Assembly: GCA_050950285.1 (NCBI GenBank)
Contig: JBMNHG010000002.1
Span: 436,296 to 500,295, forward strand
DNA length: 64,000 nucleotides
Direction of reading: 5' to 3'
From: Kiritimatiellia bacterium
GTDB taxonomy: Bacteria; Verrucomicrobiota; Kiritimatiellia; RFP12; JBMNHG01
Position numbers and translations under genes: made by a program. Within the stretch, counting starts at the first letter, position 1. Each line of letters starts with the position of its first letter. The notes under the pieces were generated by a model that worked only from the letters and a program-made list of their open reading frames with translations, did no database searches and was not told the DNA's origin. Shown here in pieces: positions 56,645 through 64,000 of this stretch.

Positions 56645-57660
56645 CCCTCGTCCTCGCCCCGATGCGCGGCATCACGGGACGCGCCTTCCGCTGCGCGTTC
56701 GCCCGCCATTTCACGGGACTCGATCTCGCTGTCTCCCCCTTCGTCCCGACCGTCCGCGGCGATCGCGTCAAACCCTCCCACCTCCGCGACTTGCAACCCG
56801 TCGCAGGCTTCCCCGACCTCCCGCTCGTGCCGCAGGTGATCGGAAAGGATCCCGGCGATTTCGCGCGAATGATCCGCGAACTGCTCGACAACGGCTTCGA
56901 CGCCGTCGACCTCAACGCCGGATGCCCCTGGAAAATGGTCGTTCGCAAGGGGCGCGGCGCGGGATTGCTGGAGGACGCGGACGCCCTTCGCCGGATGCTC
57001 GACGCGGGATGCTCCGTCGCTCCCGGACGCCTTTCCATCAAGGTCCGCCTCGGGATACGTTCGGCGGACACGCTCCCCGCGCGCATGGATCTCCTGAACG
57101 GATACCCCCTCCGCATCGTGACCATCCATCCGCGCACGGCCCGGCAGATGTACGAGGGTTCCGTCGATCTGGACGCCTTCGAAGCGTGTGCGGCGGCATG
57201 CCGCCATCCCGTGGCCTACAACGGCGACATCCGCACCCCGTCCGGCCTGCGGAGCCTGCGCGAACGCTTCCCCTTCGTTGCCGCCTGGATGATCGGACGG
57301 GGCGTGGCGGCAAACCCCTTCCTGCCCGAGGAAATCCGCGGAAAAACGGCACGCCGCGATTTCGCGCGGCTGCAGGCCTTCCTGGAGGATTTCGTCGAGT
57401 TGACGAAGCATGAGGTCCCGGGACCGTCGGGCGTGCTCGGACGGCTGAAGGAGCTGTGGTCGCACCTCTCCGCTTCCATCCCGGGGGGCGGGCGCCTCTG
57501 GCAGGGCATCCGGCTTTGCCGGACGATGGCCGAATACGAATCCGTCATCGCCCCTTGGTTCGCAAGGGAGACGGCCCGCCTCGTCGAGCCAGCAGCTCCG
57601 CCCGCCAGCCGCTGCGAATCGACGGAGGCGCGAGCGGACGTTGCTCCAGATCGGCAATGA
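56641..57660 (+). CDS. tRNA-dihydrouridine synthase family
   Basis: GTG start; LAPMRG, DLNAGCP, SIKVRLG, IHPRT, YNGDI, MIGRG, LKELW. Confidence 0.9.
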   Translation: MTLVLAPMRGITGRAFRCAFARHFTGLDLAVSPFVPTVRGDRVKPSHLRDLQPVAGFPDLPLVPQVIGKDPGDFARMIRELLDNGFDAVDLNAGCPWKMVVRKGRGAGLLEDADALRRMLDAGCSVAPGRLSIKVRLGIRSADTLPARMDLLNGYPLRIVTIHPRTARQMYEGSVDLDAFEACAAACRHPVAYNGDIRTPSGLRSLRERFPFVAAWMIGRGVAANPFLPEEIRGKTARRDFARLQAFLEDFVELTKHEVPGPSGVLGRLKELWSHLSASIPGGGRLWQGIRLCRTMAEYESVIAPWFARETARLVEPAAPPASRCESTEARADVAPDRQ

Positions 57661-58696
57661 CCGCAGCTTCCAGGTTGGCGCGAGAGGCGATCACGGCGGG
57701 GTCGATCCCGAAGGGCTTCGCTTTCCCGGCGATGAAGGCACGGAGCTCGCCGACCCTCCCCTTCAACTCCTCGCGGGAAATGGTCGCGGACGGGGCGGAA
57801 CGGGGGAGTTCCTCCTCGGGAAGACGCATCGCGTCCCCGATGCAGCGGAGGACGGCCTTCCCGCGCCCATCCTTCTTCTTCCCCCATGACCGCGGCACGC
57901 CGCGAATTTCCAGCAACTCGGGAACCGTGGCCGGAAGCGCATGCGCGATGTCGACAAGGCATTCGTCCGTGAGCCAAAAGCCTCTCGGAACGTCGCTCTC
58001 GCGCGCGGAAACCTCCCGCCATGCGGCAAGCTCGCGGAGGACGGCCCGCTTCCGCGCATCCAGGGACGCCATGCCCTTCACCCGCCGCCACGCCTCGCGA
58101 GGGTCGCGGTCGAGACTGTCGTTGGAGGCCGTCCGGGACGCCATCTCCTCCATCATCCAGGCGCGGACCTCGTCATCGACGCAACGGGCGAGCAGCCGTT
58201 CCCGCGCCTCCAGCAGGTAGGCCACGTCCTCTGCGGCGTACTTCAACTGCTGCGGGCGAAGCGGGCGGGCAATCCAGTTCGAGCGGGTTTCGCCCTTCGA
58301 AAGCTCCACGCCCAAAAGTTCGAGGACGAGCGCATGGAGCGACAGCCCAACCGGCAATCTGCAAAAGCCCGCCGCGACGCTGGTGTCGAAAACGGTGGCC
58401 GGCTGAACCCCCGCAGCCCGCGCCAGGATGGCCAGATCCTGCGTGGCATCGTGAAGCACCTTCACGACCGACGCATCCGCCAGCACGGCGCCAAGCGGGG
58501 ACAAATCGGGAATCTTCACGGAATCCACCAGCCCGATGCGCCCCTGGTCGTCCGCCAGCTGCACCAGCCCGAGACGGGGATAGTAGGTGCGCGTCCAGAG
58601 GAACTCCGTGTCCAGGGCGATGGCGCGGCATCCGCGAAGGGCCACGCAAAGCTCGTCCAACGCCTTCGGCGATTCGATCAAGAGAGGGTCGGTCAT
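57545..58696 (-). CDS. rnd: Ribonuclease D
   Basis: ALDTEF, YYPRLGLVQL, KVLH, FDT, SNW..RPL..YAAEDV, HRDC (WREVSAR), terminal GWR. Confidence 0.92.
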   Translation of the reverse strand: MTDPLLIESPKALDELCVALRGCRAIALDTEFLWTRTYYPRLGLVQLADDQGRIGLVDSVKIPDLSPLGAVLADASVVKVLHDATQDLAILARAAGVQPATVFDTSVAAGFCRLPVGLSLHALVLELLGVELSKGETRSNWIARPLRPQQLKYAAEDVAYLLEARERLLARCVDDEVRAWMMEEMASRTASNDSLDRDPREAWRRVKGMASLDARKRAVLRELAAWREVSARESDVPRGFWLTDECLVDIAHALPATVPELLEIRGVPRSWGKKKDGRGKAVLRCIGDAMRLPEEELPRSAPSATISREELKGRVGELRAFIAGKAKPFGIDPAVIASRANLEAAVIADLEQRPLAPPSIRSGWRAELLARRGGPSPLRTKGR

Positions 58697-58708
58697 GACA
58701 GGTCAATC

Positions 58709-58737
58709 GTTGTACCAGAGCATCGCGCCCCATGCAA
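58709..58737 (-). promoter_or_regulatory. Putative sigma70 promoter for rnd
   Basis: Minus strand TTGCAT-N17-TACAAC with TG extension, 12 nt before the ATG. Confidence 0.5.
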
Positions 58738-58838
58738 CGCCGATTCGCCCGCGACCCAGTCCTTCGCATTGAAAAATCTTCCCATGCGGGGGAATATCCG
58801 CGATACTGTTCCTTTTCGTTATCAAAAGAGGATGTGAC

Positions 58839-59720
58839 ATGGCAGCTACCCTGATTGACGGCAAAGCGATCGCGGCGGGAATTCGCGCGGAGATCGCGCG
58901 CGCCGTGGCCGACCAGATCGCGGCAGGCGGCGAGCGCCCCGGGCTCGGCGTGCTGCTCGTGGGCGACAACCCCGCCTCTCTTTCGTACGTCACGGGCAAG
59001 GAGAAAGCCTGCTCCGAGGCCGGCATGCGTTCCATCGAACACCGTCTCCCCGCCATCGCCTCCACCGAGGACGTGCTCCAGGTAATCGCCGAAATGAACG
59101 CCGACGCACGTATCCACGGCGTGCTCGTGCAGCTCCCGCTTCCCGGCCCGGTCGATGAAAACCGCGTGATCGACGCCATTGCGCCGGAAAAGGACGTGGA
59201 CGGCTTCACCGCCGGGAACGTCGGCCGCATGATGCTGGGGCGTCCCTGCTTCCTGCCCTGCACGCCCAACGCCATCCTCCGGCTCCTTGACCACTCCGGC
59301 ATCGAGACCGACGGCCGCCACGTCGTGGTTGTCGGCCGCAGCAACATCGTCGGCAAACCCATCGCCCAGCTTCTCGCGCGCAAGCGCCCCGGTCCGAATG
59401 CGACCGTGACGATGTGCCACACCGGCACGCGCGATCTCGGCGCCTTCACGCGCCAGGCGGACATCCTGGTCGTGGCGACGGGACGCCCCCGTACCATCAC
59501 GGCGGACATGGTGAAACCGGGCGCCGCCGTGATCGACGTGGGCGTGAACCGGATTCCGAATCCGACGAAGAAGGCCGGCTTCCACCTTGAGGGCGATGTC
59601 GATTTCGCCGCCGTCAAGGAGGTCGCCGGCTGGATCACCCCCGTCCCGGGCGGCGTTGGCCCGATGACGATTACGATGCTTCTCCTGAACACCCTCGAGG
59701 CCGCCCGTCGCACCTCGTAG
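58839..59720 (+). CDS. folD: Bifunctional methylenetetrahydrofolate dehydrogenase/cyclohydrolase
   Basis: LIDGK, LVQLPLP, KDVDG, PCTP, GRSNIVGKP, IDVG, TPVPGGVGPMT. Confidence 0.97.
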   Translation: MAATLIDGKAIAAGIRAEIARAVADQIAAGGERPGLGVLLVGDNPASLSYVTGKEKACSEAGMRSIEHRLPAIASTEDVLQVIAEMNADARIHGVLVQLPLPGPVDENRVIDAIAPEKDVDGFTAGNVGRMMLGRPCFLPCTPNAILRLLDHSGIETDGRHVVVVGRSNIVGKPIAQLLARKRPGPNATVTMCHTGTRDLGAFTRQADILVVATGRPRTITADMVKPGAAVIDVGVNRIPNPTKKAGFHLEGDVDFAAVKEVAGWITPVPGGVGPMTITMLLLNTLEAARRTS

Positions 59721-59734
59721 GGGGCGGTGCGGAC

Positions 59735-59929
59735 TCACGAGGCAACGGACGCCTTCCGCAACGCTGCGGGAAGTTTCCCCCATGCCCGGACGAGGTTGAC
59801 CAGCCCCTTCTTCCGTTGGATGCGGCTCGCAAAGAGGAGGGTGCGGGACGAGGAGCCGGACCATCGAGGAACGGCAGGCGGCGTCTCCGCGCGGATGCCC
59901 GGCGGTGCGATGGCGACGGGATTCCTCAT
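59735..59929 (-). pseudogene. 64-codon internal fragment of a GT4-type glycosyltransferase
   Basis: MRNPVAIAPPGI...RTLLFASRIQRKKGLVNLVRAW resembles the GT4 linker and the start of the C-domain (R..KG motif). Confidence 0.6.
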
Positions 59930-61068
59930 TCGTCCAGCGACAAGTCCCAGGAGCGTGGGGCGGTGCTGAGGATTTCGCAGCCGTCGCGGGTGACGAGCGC
60001 GACATCCTCGATGCGCACGCCGATTCTTCCGGGGATGTACACGCCGGGCTCGATGGTGACGACCATCCCGGGTTCGAGCTTCCCGGTGGCTCGTGGGGCG
60101 GCCGTGGGCGCTTCGTGCACCTCGAGGCCCACGCCGTGACCGAGCGAATGGGTGAAATATTTCCCGTAGCCGGCCCGTTCGAGGGAATCCCGCGCGATGG
60201 CGTCGAGTTCCGCGCCGGTCATGCCGGGGCGGAGGCTGGCGGCGGCAAGGCGGTTGGCGGCGAGGACGGCGGCATGGACTTCGCGGAAGAGTTTCCGCGG
60301 CCTGCCGAAGAAGCAGGTGCGCGTGAGGTCGGCGCAGTAGTGGTCGAGCTTGAGGCCGATGTCGAGGAGGAGGGATTGGTTTTCGGCGAGGGTGGCGAGT
60401 CCGGGATGGTGGTGGGGTTCGGCGGCGGTCGCACCCGCGCAGACGATGGCGTCGAAGGATTCGCCCTGGCCGAAGGTGTCGGCGAAGCGGCGCACGAGGT
60501 TGCGGATTTCCCACTCGGTCATTCCGGGGCGCACGGCGAGCTGGACGGCGCGCATCATGCGGTCGTTCGCGGCGCAAGCGGCGCGCAGGGCGCGTTGTTC
60601 GCGGGGGGATTTGACGGCGCGCTGCCGTTTGGCGATGGCGGAGGCGTCCTTCCAGTCGTCCGGGCCGCGGCCGATGCGCCCGAGGAGGCGGCGGAGTGCG
60701 TTGGCCGGCATTTCGCCTTCGAGTCCGACGGCCTTCCAGGATCGGACGATGCGGCGGAGTTGGGCGTCGAGTTTGTCGCCGCGTTGGAAGACGGCACACG
60801 GGAGGAAGGGGAGCTGGGCGCGGGCGGCGGCGATGTAGCGGGAGTCGGTGAAGAACGAGGCGCCATCCCGGGCGTCCACGGCAAGCAAGCCGTGGGTGGA
60901 CTCGAAGCCGGAATAGTAGAGGCGCGCGAGCGGATCGACGAAGAGCGCTCCGTCGAGCTTGTCCCGGCGGAGGAGGGTCTGGAGGCGGCGGATGCGCCCG
61001 GTGTATTCCGCGGCGGGGAACGGGCGTGGCGGGCGCAGGCAGGGGGCGGGGGAACCGGCAGGGCTCAT
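59926..61068 (-). CDS. Xaa-Pro aminopeptidase/dipeptidase (M24B)
   Basis: FTDSRY, RAVKS, LLLDIG..YCADLTRT, HSLGHGVGLEVHE, TIEPGVY, GVRIED. Confidence 0.93.
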   Translation of the reverse strand: MSPAGSPAPCLRPPRPFPAAEYTGRIRRLQTLLRRDKLDGALFVDPLARLYYSGFESTHGLLAVDARDGASFFTDSRYIAAARAQLPFLPCAVFQRGDKLDAQLRRIVRSWKAVGLEGEMPANALRRLLGRIGRGPDDWKDASAIAKRQRAVKSPREQRALRAACAANDRMMRAVQLAVRPGMTEWEIRNLVRRFADTFGQGESFDAIVCAGATAAEPHHHPGLATLAENQSLLLDIGLKLDHYCADLTRTCFFGRPRKLFREVHAAVLAANRLAAASLRPGMTGAELDAIARDSLERAGYGKYFTHSLGHGVGLEVHEAPTAAPRATGKLEPGMVVTIEPGVYIPGRIGVRIEDVALVTRDGCEILSTAPRSWDLSLDE

Positions 61069-61901
61069 AGCGGATGGATTTCGACGAGGTCGCGCGGAAG
61101 GGATCGGGGGAGCCCGAGCACGGCGGCGTCCGGGCCGACCCAGACGCAGGTTCGGAGCGCCTCGTAGATGCAGGCCTTCCCGAGGGCGACGGCCTCCAGC
61201 AACGGCATGCCGCGCGCAAGGGCGGCGGCGATGGCGGAGGAGAGGGTGCAGCCCGTGCCGTGGGTGGAGAGCGGGGCGTCGACGACGGGCGAAACGAGCT
61301 CCCAGACACGGCCGCCGATGCACAGGACGTCCCGCGTGGGATCGACCGGATCGTGTCCGCCCTTTACCAGCGTGGCGCAACCGTAGCGGGCGGTGAGTTC
61401 GCGGGCGGCGCGGCGGGCGCTTTCGATCCCGCGGACGTGGAAGCCGGCGAGGACCTCGGCTTCGGGCTGGTTCGGCGTGATGAGCGCGGCGCGGGGGAGG
61501 AGGGTGCGGGCGAGGGTGTCGATGGCGTCGTCGCGGAGCAGTTTCGCCCCGCTGGTGGCGACCATCACCGGATCGGCGACGAGCGGGATGCCGGGATGCG
61601 CGGAGAGCGCGTCCGCGACCGTCGCGATGGTCTCCGAGTCGGCGAGCATTCCGGTTTTGACGGCATCCACGGCATAGGCGTCGAAGATGGCGGAGAGCTG
61701 GAGGCGGAGGAAGTCGCCGGGAACGGGCAGGATGCCGCGCACGCCCGAGGGGTTCTGCGCGGTGAGGGCCGCGAAGGCGGTGCACCCATGGACGCCGAGG
61801 GCGTGGAACGACCGGAGATCCGCTTGGATGCCGGCGTTGCCACCGCTGTCGCTGCCAGCGATGGTGAGCGCCACGGGGATGGAGGGAGAAGGTGGTTTCA
61901 T
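61065..61901 (-). CDS. thiD: Hydroxymethylpyrimidine/phosphomethylpyrimidine kinase
   Basis: LTIAGSDSGGNAGIQAD, LTAQN, KTGML, DPVM, TPN, KGGH, THGTGCTLS. Confidence 0.95.
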   Translation of the reverse strand: MKPPSPSIPVALTIAGSDSGGNAGIQADLRSFHALGVHGCTAFAALTAQNPSGVRGILPVPGDFLRLQLSAIFDAYAVDAVKTGMLADSETIATVADALSAHPGIPLVADPVMVATSGAKLLRDDAIDTLARTLLPRAALITPNQPEAEVLAGFHVRGIESARRAARELTARYGCATLVKGGHDPVDPTRDVLCIGGRVWELVSPVVDAPLSTHGTGCTLSSAIAAALARGMPLLEAVALGKACIYEALRTCVWVGPDAAVLGLPRSLPRDLVEIHPL

Positions 61902-61952
61902 GGAGGAGCGACAAGGCGGACGTTCGCGGTCGGCAGGCGGGCGGAGGGGGAA

Positions 61953-64000
61953 TCAGGAGCGCCGGCGTCGCGCGACGAAGTCGTATGCGTTGCGGAACAT
62001 GCGCATCCAAGGCCCATCCTCGTTCACGAAGAGGCCGTCGGGGCGATAGGGGAGCTGGATGGAGCGGAAGCCGCGCTCCGGGTGGGGCATCATGATGGTG
62101 ACGCGGCCGTCCGCGGAGGTGAAGCCCGTCGCTCCGCCGGCGGAGCCGCTCGGGTTGTAGGGGTAGACTTCGGTGGGGAGGCCTCGGGTATCGACATAGC
62201 GCAGGGCGATGCCGTGCGCGGCGGCCAGGCGCGCCGCGGATTCCTCCGACGCGAAGCGGGTGCGGCCTTCGCCGTGGGCCAGCGAAATCGGGATGCGGCT
62301 TCCGGCCATCCCGCGCAACAGGATGGAGGGCGAATCGAGCACCTCCACGGTGGTGTAGCGCGCCTCGAACTGCCCGGAGCGGTTCCGTCCGAAGCGGGGC
62401 CAGTCCTGCGTGCCGGGGATGAGGCCGGCCAGTTGCGACACCATCTGGCAGCCATTGCAGACGCCCAGCGTGAAGGTGCCGGGACGTTCGAAGAAGGCGC
62501 GGAACATCGCCTCGAGGCGCGGGCTGAATAGGATGGAGCGGGCCCAGCCGGCGCCGGAGCCCAGGACGTCGCCGTAGGAGAAGCCGCCGCAGGCGACGAG
62601 GCCGTCGAAGGCGTCGAGCGACGCCGAGCCGGCGTGGAGGTCGCTCATGTGCACGTCCACGGCGTCGAAGCCGGCGCGGGTGAAGGCGGCGGCCATCTCG
62701 ACCTGGCCGTTCACGCCTTGCTCGCGGAGAATGGCGATGCGCGGGGGCTGCCGGATGGAGGCCGTGCACGGGGCGTCCGGATCGTAGGCGAGCGAGAAGG
62801 TCATGCCCGGATCGCCGGCATCCGAGGCGATCGCGAATTCCTCGCGGGCGCACGCGGGGTTGTCGCGTATCTCCTGCATCTTGCAGGTGAGTTCGCTCCA
62901 GGCGGAGCGCACGCGGGCGAGCGGTTCGTCGAGGGCGGTGACGCCGTCCACGGCCACGCGGAAGTGGCGGTGTGGCGTGGAGGCCCCGATGTCGCGCACG
63001 GCGTCACCGAGGCCGTGGGCGCGGAAGACGTCCAGCACGGCGCCCGCCTGGTCCGGCGCCACCTCGAGCACGGCGCCGAGTTCCTCGGAGAAGAGCGCGG
63101 CGAGCGGAGAGGCGCCCGGCGAGGGGAGATCGGCGGAGATGCCGCGGCCGCCGGCCATCGCCATCTCCGCGAGGGTCACGGCCACGCCGCCGTCGGAGCG
63201 GTCGTGGTACGAAAGGGCGAGCCTGCGGGCGACGATCTCCTGCATGGCGGCGAAGAAGCCGCGGAAGAGGGCGGGGTCGTCGAGGTCGGGCGGGGTGTCG
63301 CCGGCTTGTCCGTAGACCTGCGCGAGGGCCGAACCGCCGAGGCGGCCGCGCCCGAGGCCGAGATCCACGAGCAGCAGGCGGGAGCCGTCCGCCTTGAGGT
63401 CCGGGGCCAGGGTGAGGCGGACGTCGGAGACGGGGGAGAAGGCGGTGGCGACGAAGGAAAGCGGCGCGACCTGGCGCTGCTTCCCGCCCTTCGAGTCCTC
63501 CCAAAGGGTGCGCATCGAGAGCGAATCCTTGCCCACCGGGATGGAGATGCCGAGTGCGGGGCAGAGGTCCATCGCAACGGATTCGACGGTGGCGCGGAGC
63601 GCGGCGTCCTCGCCGGGTTCGCCGCAGGCGCACATCCAGTTGCCGGAGAGCTTCACGTTGCCGATAGGGCCGACGGGGGCGCCGGCCAGGTTCGTGAGGG
63701 CTTCGCCGACGGCGAGGCGACCGGAGGCGGGAGCGTCCACGACGGCCACGGGGGCGCGTTCGCCGGTGGACATGGCCTCGCCGGAAAAGCCGAGGTAGCC
63801 GGTGGCGGTGACGGCGTTGTCGGCCACGGGGAGCTGGAAGGGGCCCACCAGCTGATCGCGGTGGACGAGGCCGGTGACCGAGCGGTCGGTGATGGTGACC
63901 AGGAAGTTCTTGTTCGCCACGGCGGGGAGGCGGAGGATGCGTTGGAAGGCATCGGCGGGTTCCACGCCGTCGAGGTCGAGGGCGGGCGGGACGACGGGGG
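61953..64000 (-). CDS. purL: Phosphoribosylformylglycinamidine synthase, large single-chain form, 3' part
   Basis: TDRSVTG, IPVGKDSLSM, YHDRSDGG, ILREQGVNG, GGFSYGDVLG, LGVCNGCQM, YPYNPSGS, MMPHPER; the 5' end lies beyond the window. Confidence 0.96.
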   Translation of the reverse strand, partial: PVVPPALDLDGVEPADAFQRILRLPAVANKNFLVTITDRSVTGLVHRDQLVGPFQLPVADNAVTATGYLGFSGEAMSTGERAPVAVVDAPASGRLAVGEALTNLAGAPVGPIGNVKLSGNWMCACGEPGEDAALRATVESVAMDLCPALGISIPVGKDSLSMRTLWEDSKGGKQRQVAPLSFVATAFSPVSDVRLTLAPDLKADGSRLLLVDLGLGRGRLGGSALAQVYGQAGDTPPDLDDPALFRGFFAAMQEIVARRLALSYHDRSDGGVAVTLAEMAMAGGRGISADLPSPGASPLAALFSEELGAVLEVAPDQAGAVLDVFRAHGLGDAVRDIGASTPHRHFRVAVDGVTALDEPLARVRSAWSELTCKMQEIRDNPACAREEFAIASDAGDPGMTFSLAYDPDAPCTASIRQPPRIAILREQGVNGQVEMAAAFTRAGFDAVDVHMSDLHAGSASLDAFDGLVACGGFSYGDVLGSGAGWARSILFSPRLEAMFRAFFERPGTFTLGVCNGCQMVSQLAGLIPGTQDWPRFGRNRSGQFEARYTTVEVLDSPSILLRGMAGSRIPISLAHGEGRTRFASEESAARLAAAHGIALRYVDTRGLPTEVYPYNPSGSAGGATGFTSADGRVTIMMPHPERGFRSIQLPYRPDGLFVNEDGPWMRMFRNAYDFVARRRRS

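Overview
High-GC bacterial chromosomal window. A PVC-superphylum origin (Kiritimatiellota/Lentisphaerota-like) is inferred from the lptC-lptA-lptB-hprK-ptsH order, a DUF4175-like membrane protein and many glycan hydrolases. It carries about 50 plausible CDSs: housekeeping genes (araB partial, hisF, fprA, ybaK, infA, cobU, nagB, nadD, coaB, hprK, ptsH, lptCAB, folC, murG, dus, rnd, folD, pepP-like, thiD, purL partial), glycan/amino-sugar catabolic genes (GH71-like, GH92, BNR/sialidase-like, sialate O-acetylesterase, ROK-NagA fusion) and three large secreted proteins that share a short C-terminal G-[TM]-hydrophobic(4)-R tail. The region from about 11.5 to 22.4 kb is accessory: two 150-bp TA-flanked MITE copies in inverted orientation bracket a truncated transposase and three genes, with remnants of a large modular protein on both sides. 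The top candidates for an undescribed system are: (1) a two-gene operon of fused AccD-AccA plus a pyruvate/oxaloacetate carboxyltransferase fused to an AccB-type (thumb-containing) biotin carrier, with no biotin carboxylase or OadB/G nearby, i.e. a possible ATP-independent oxaloacetate:acetyl-CoA transcarboxylase; (2) a 7-residue C-terminal sorting-like tag that, in two adjacent unrelated genes, sits in a 76-bp near-identical tag+terminator DNA cassette. I found no rRNA, tRNA or CRISPR array. All family calls come from motif recognition by eye; no database searches were run.
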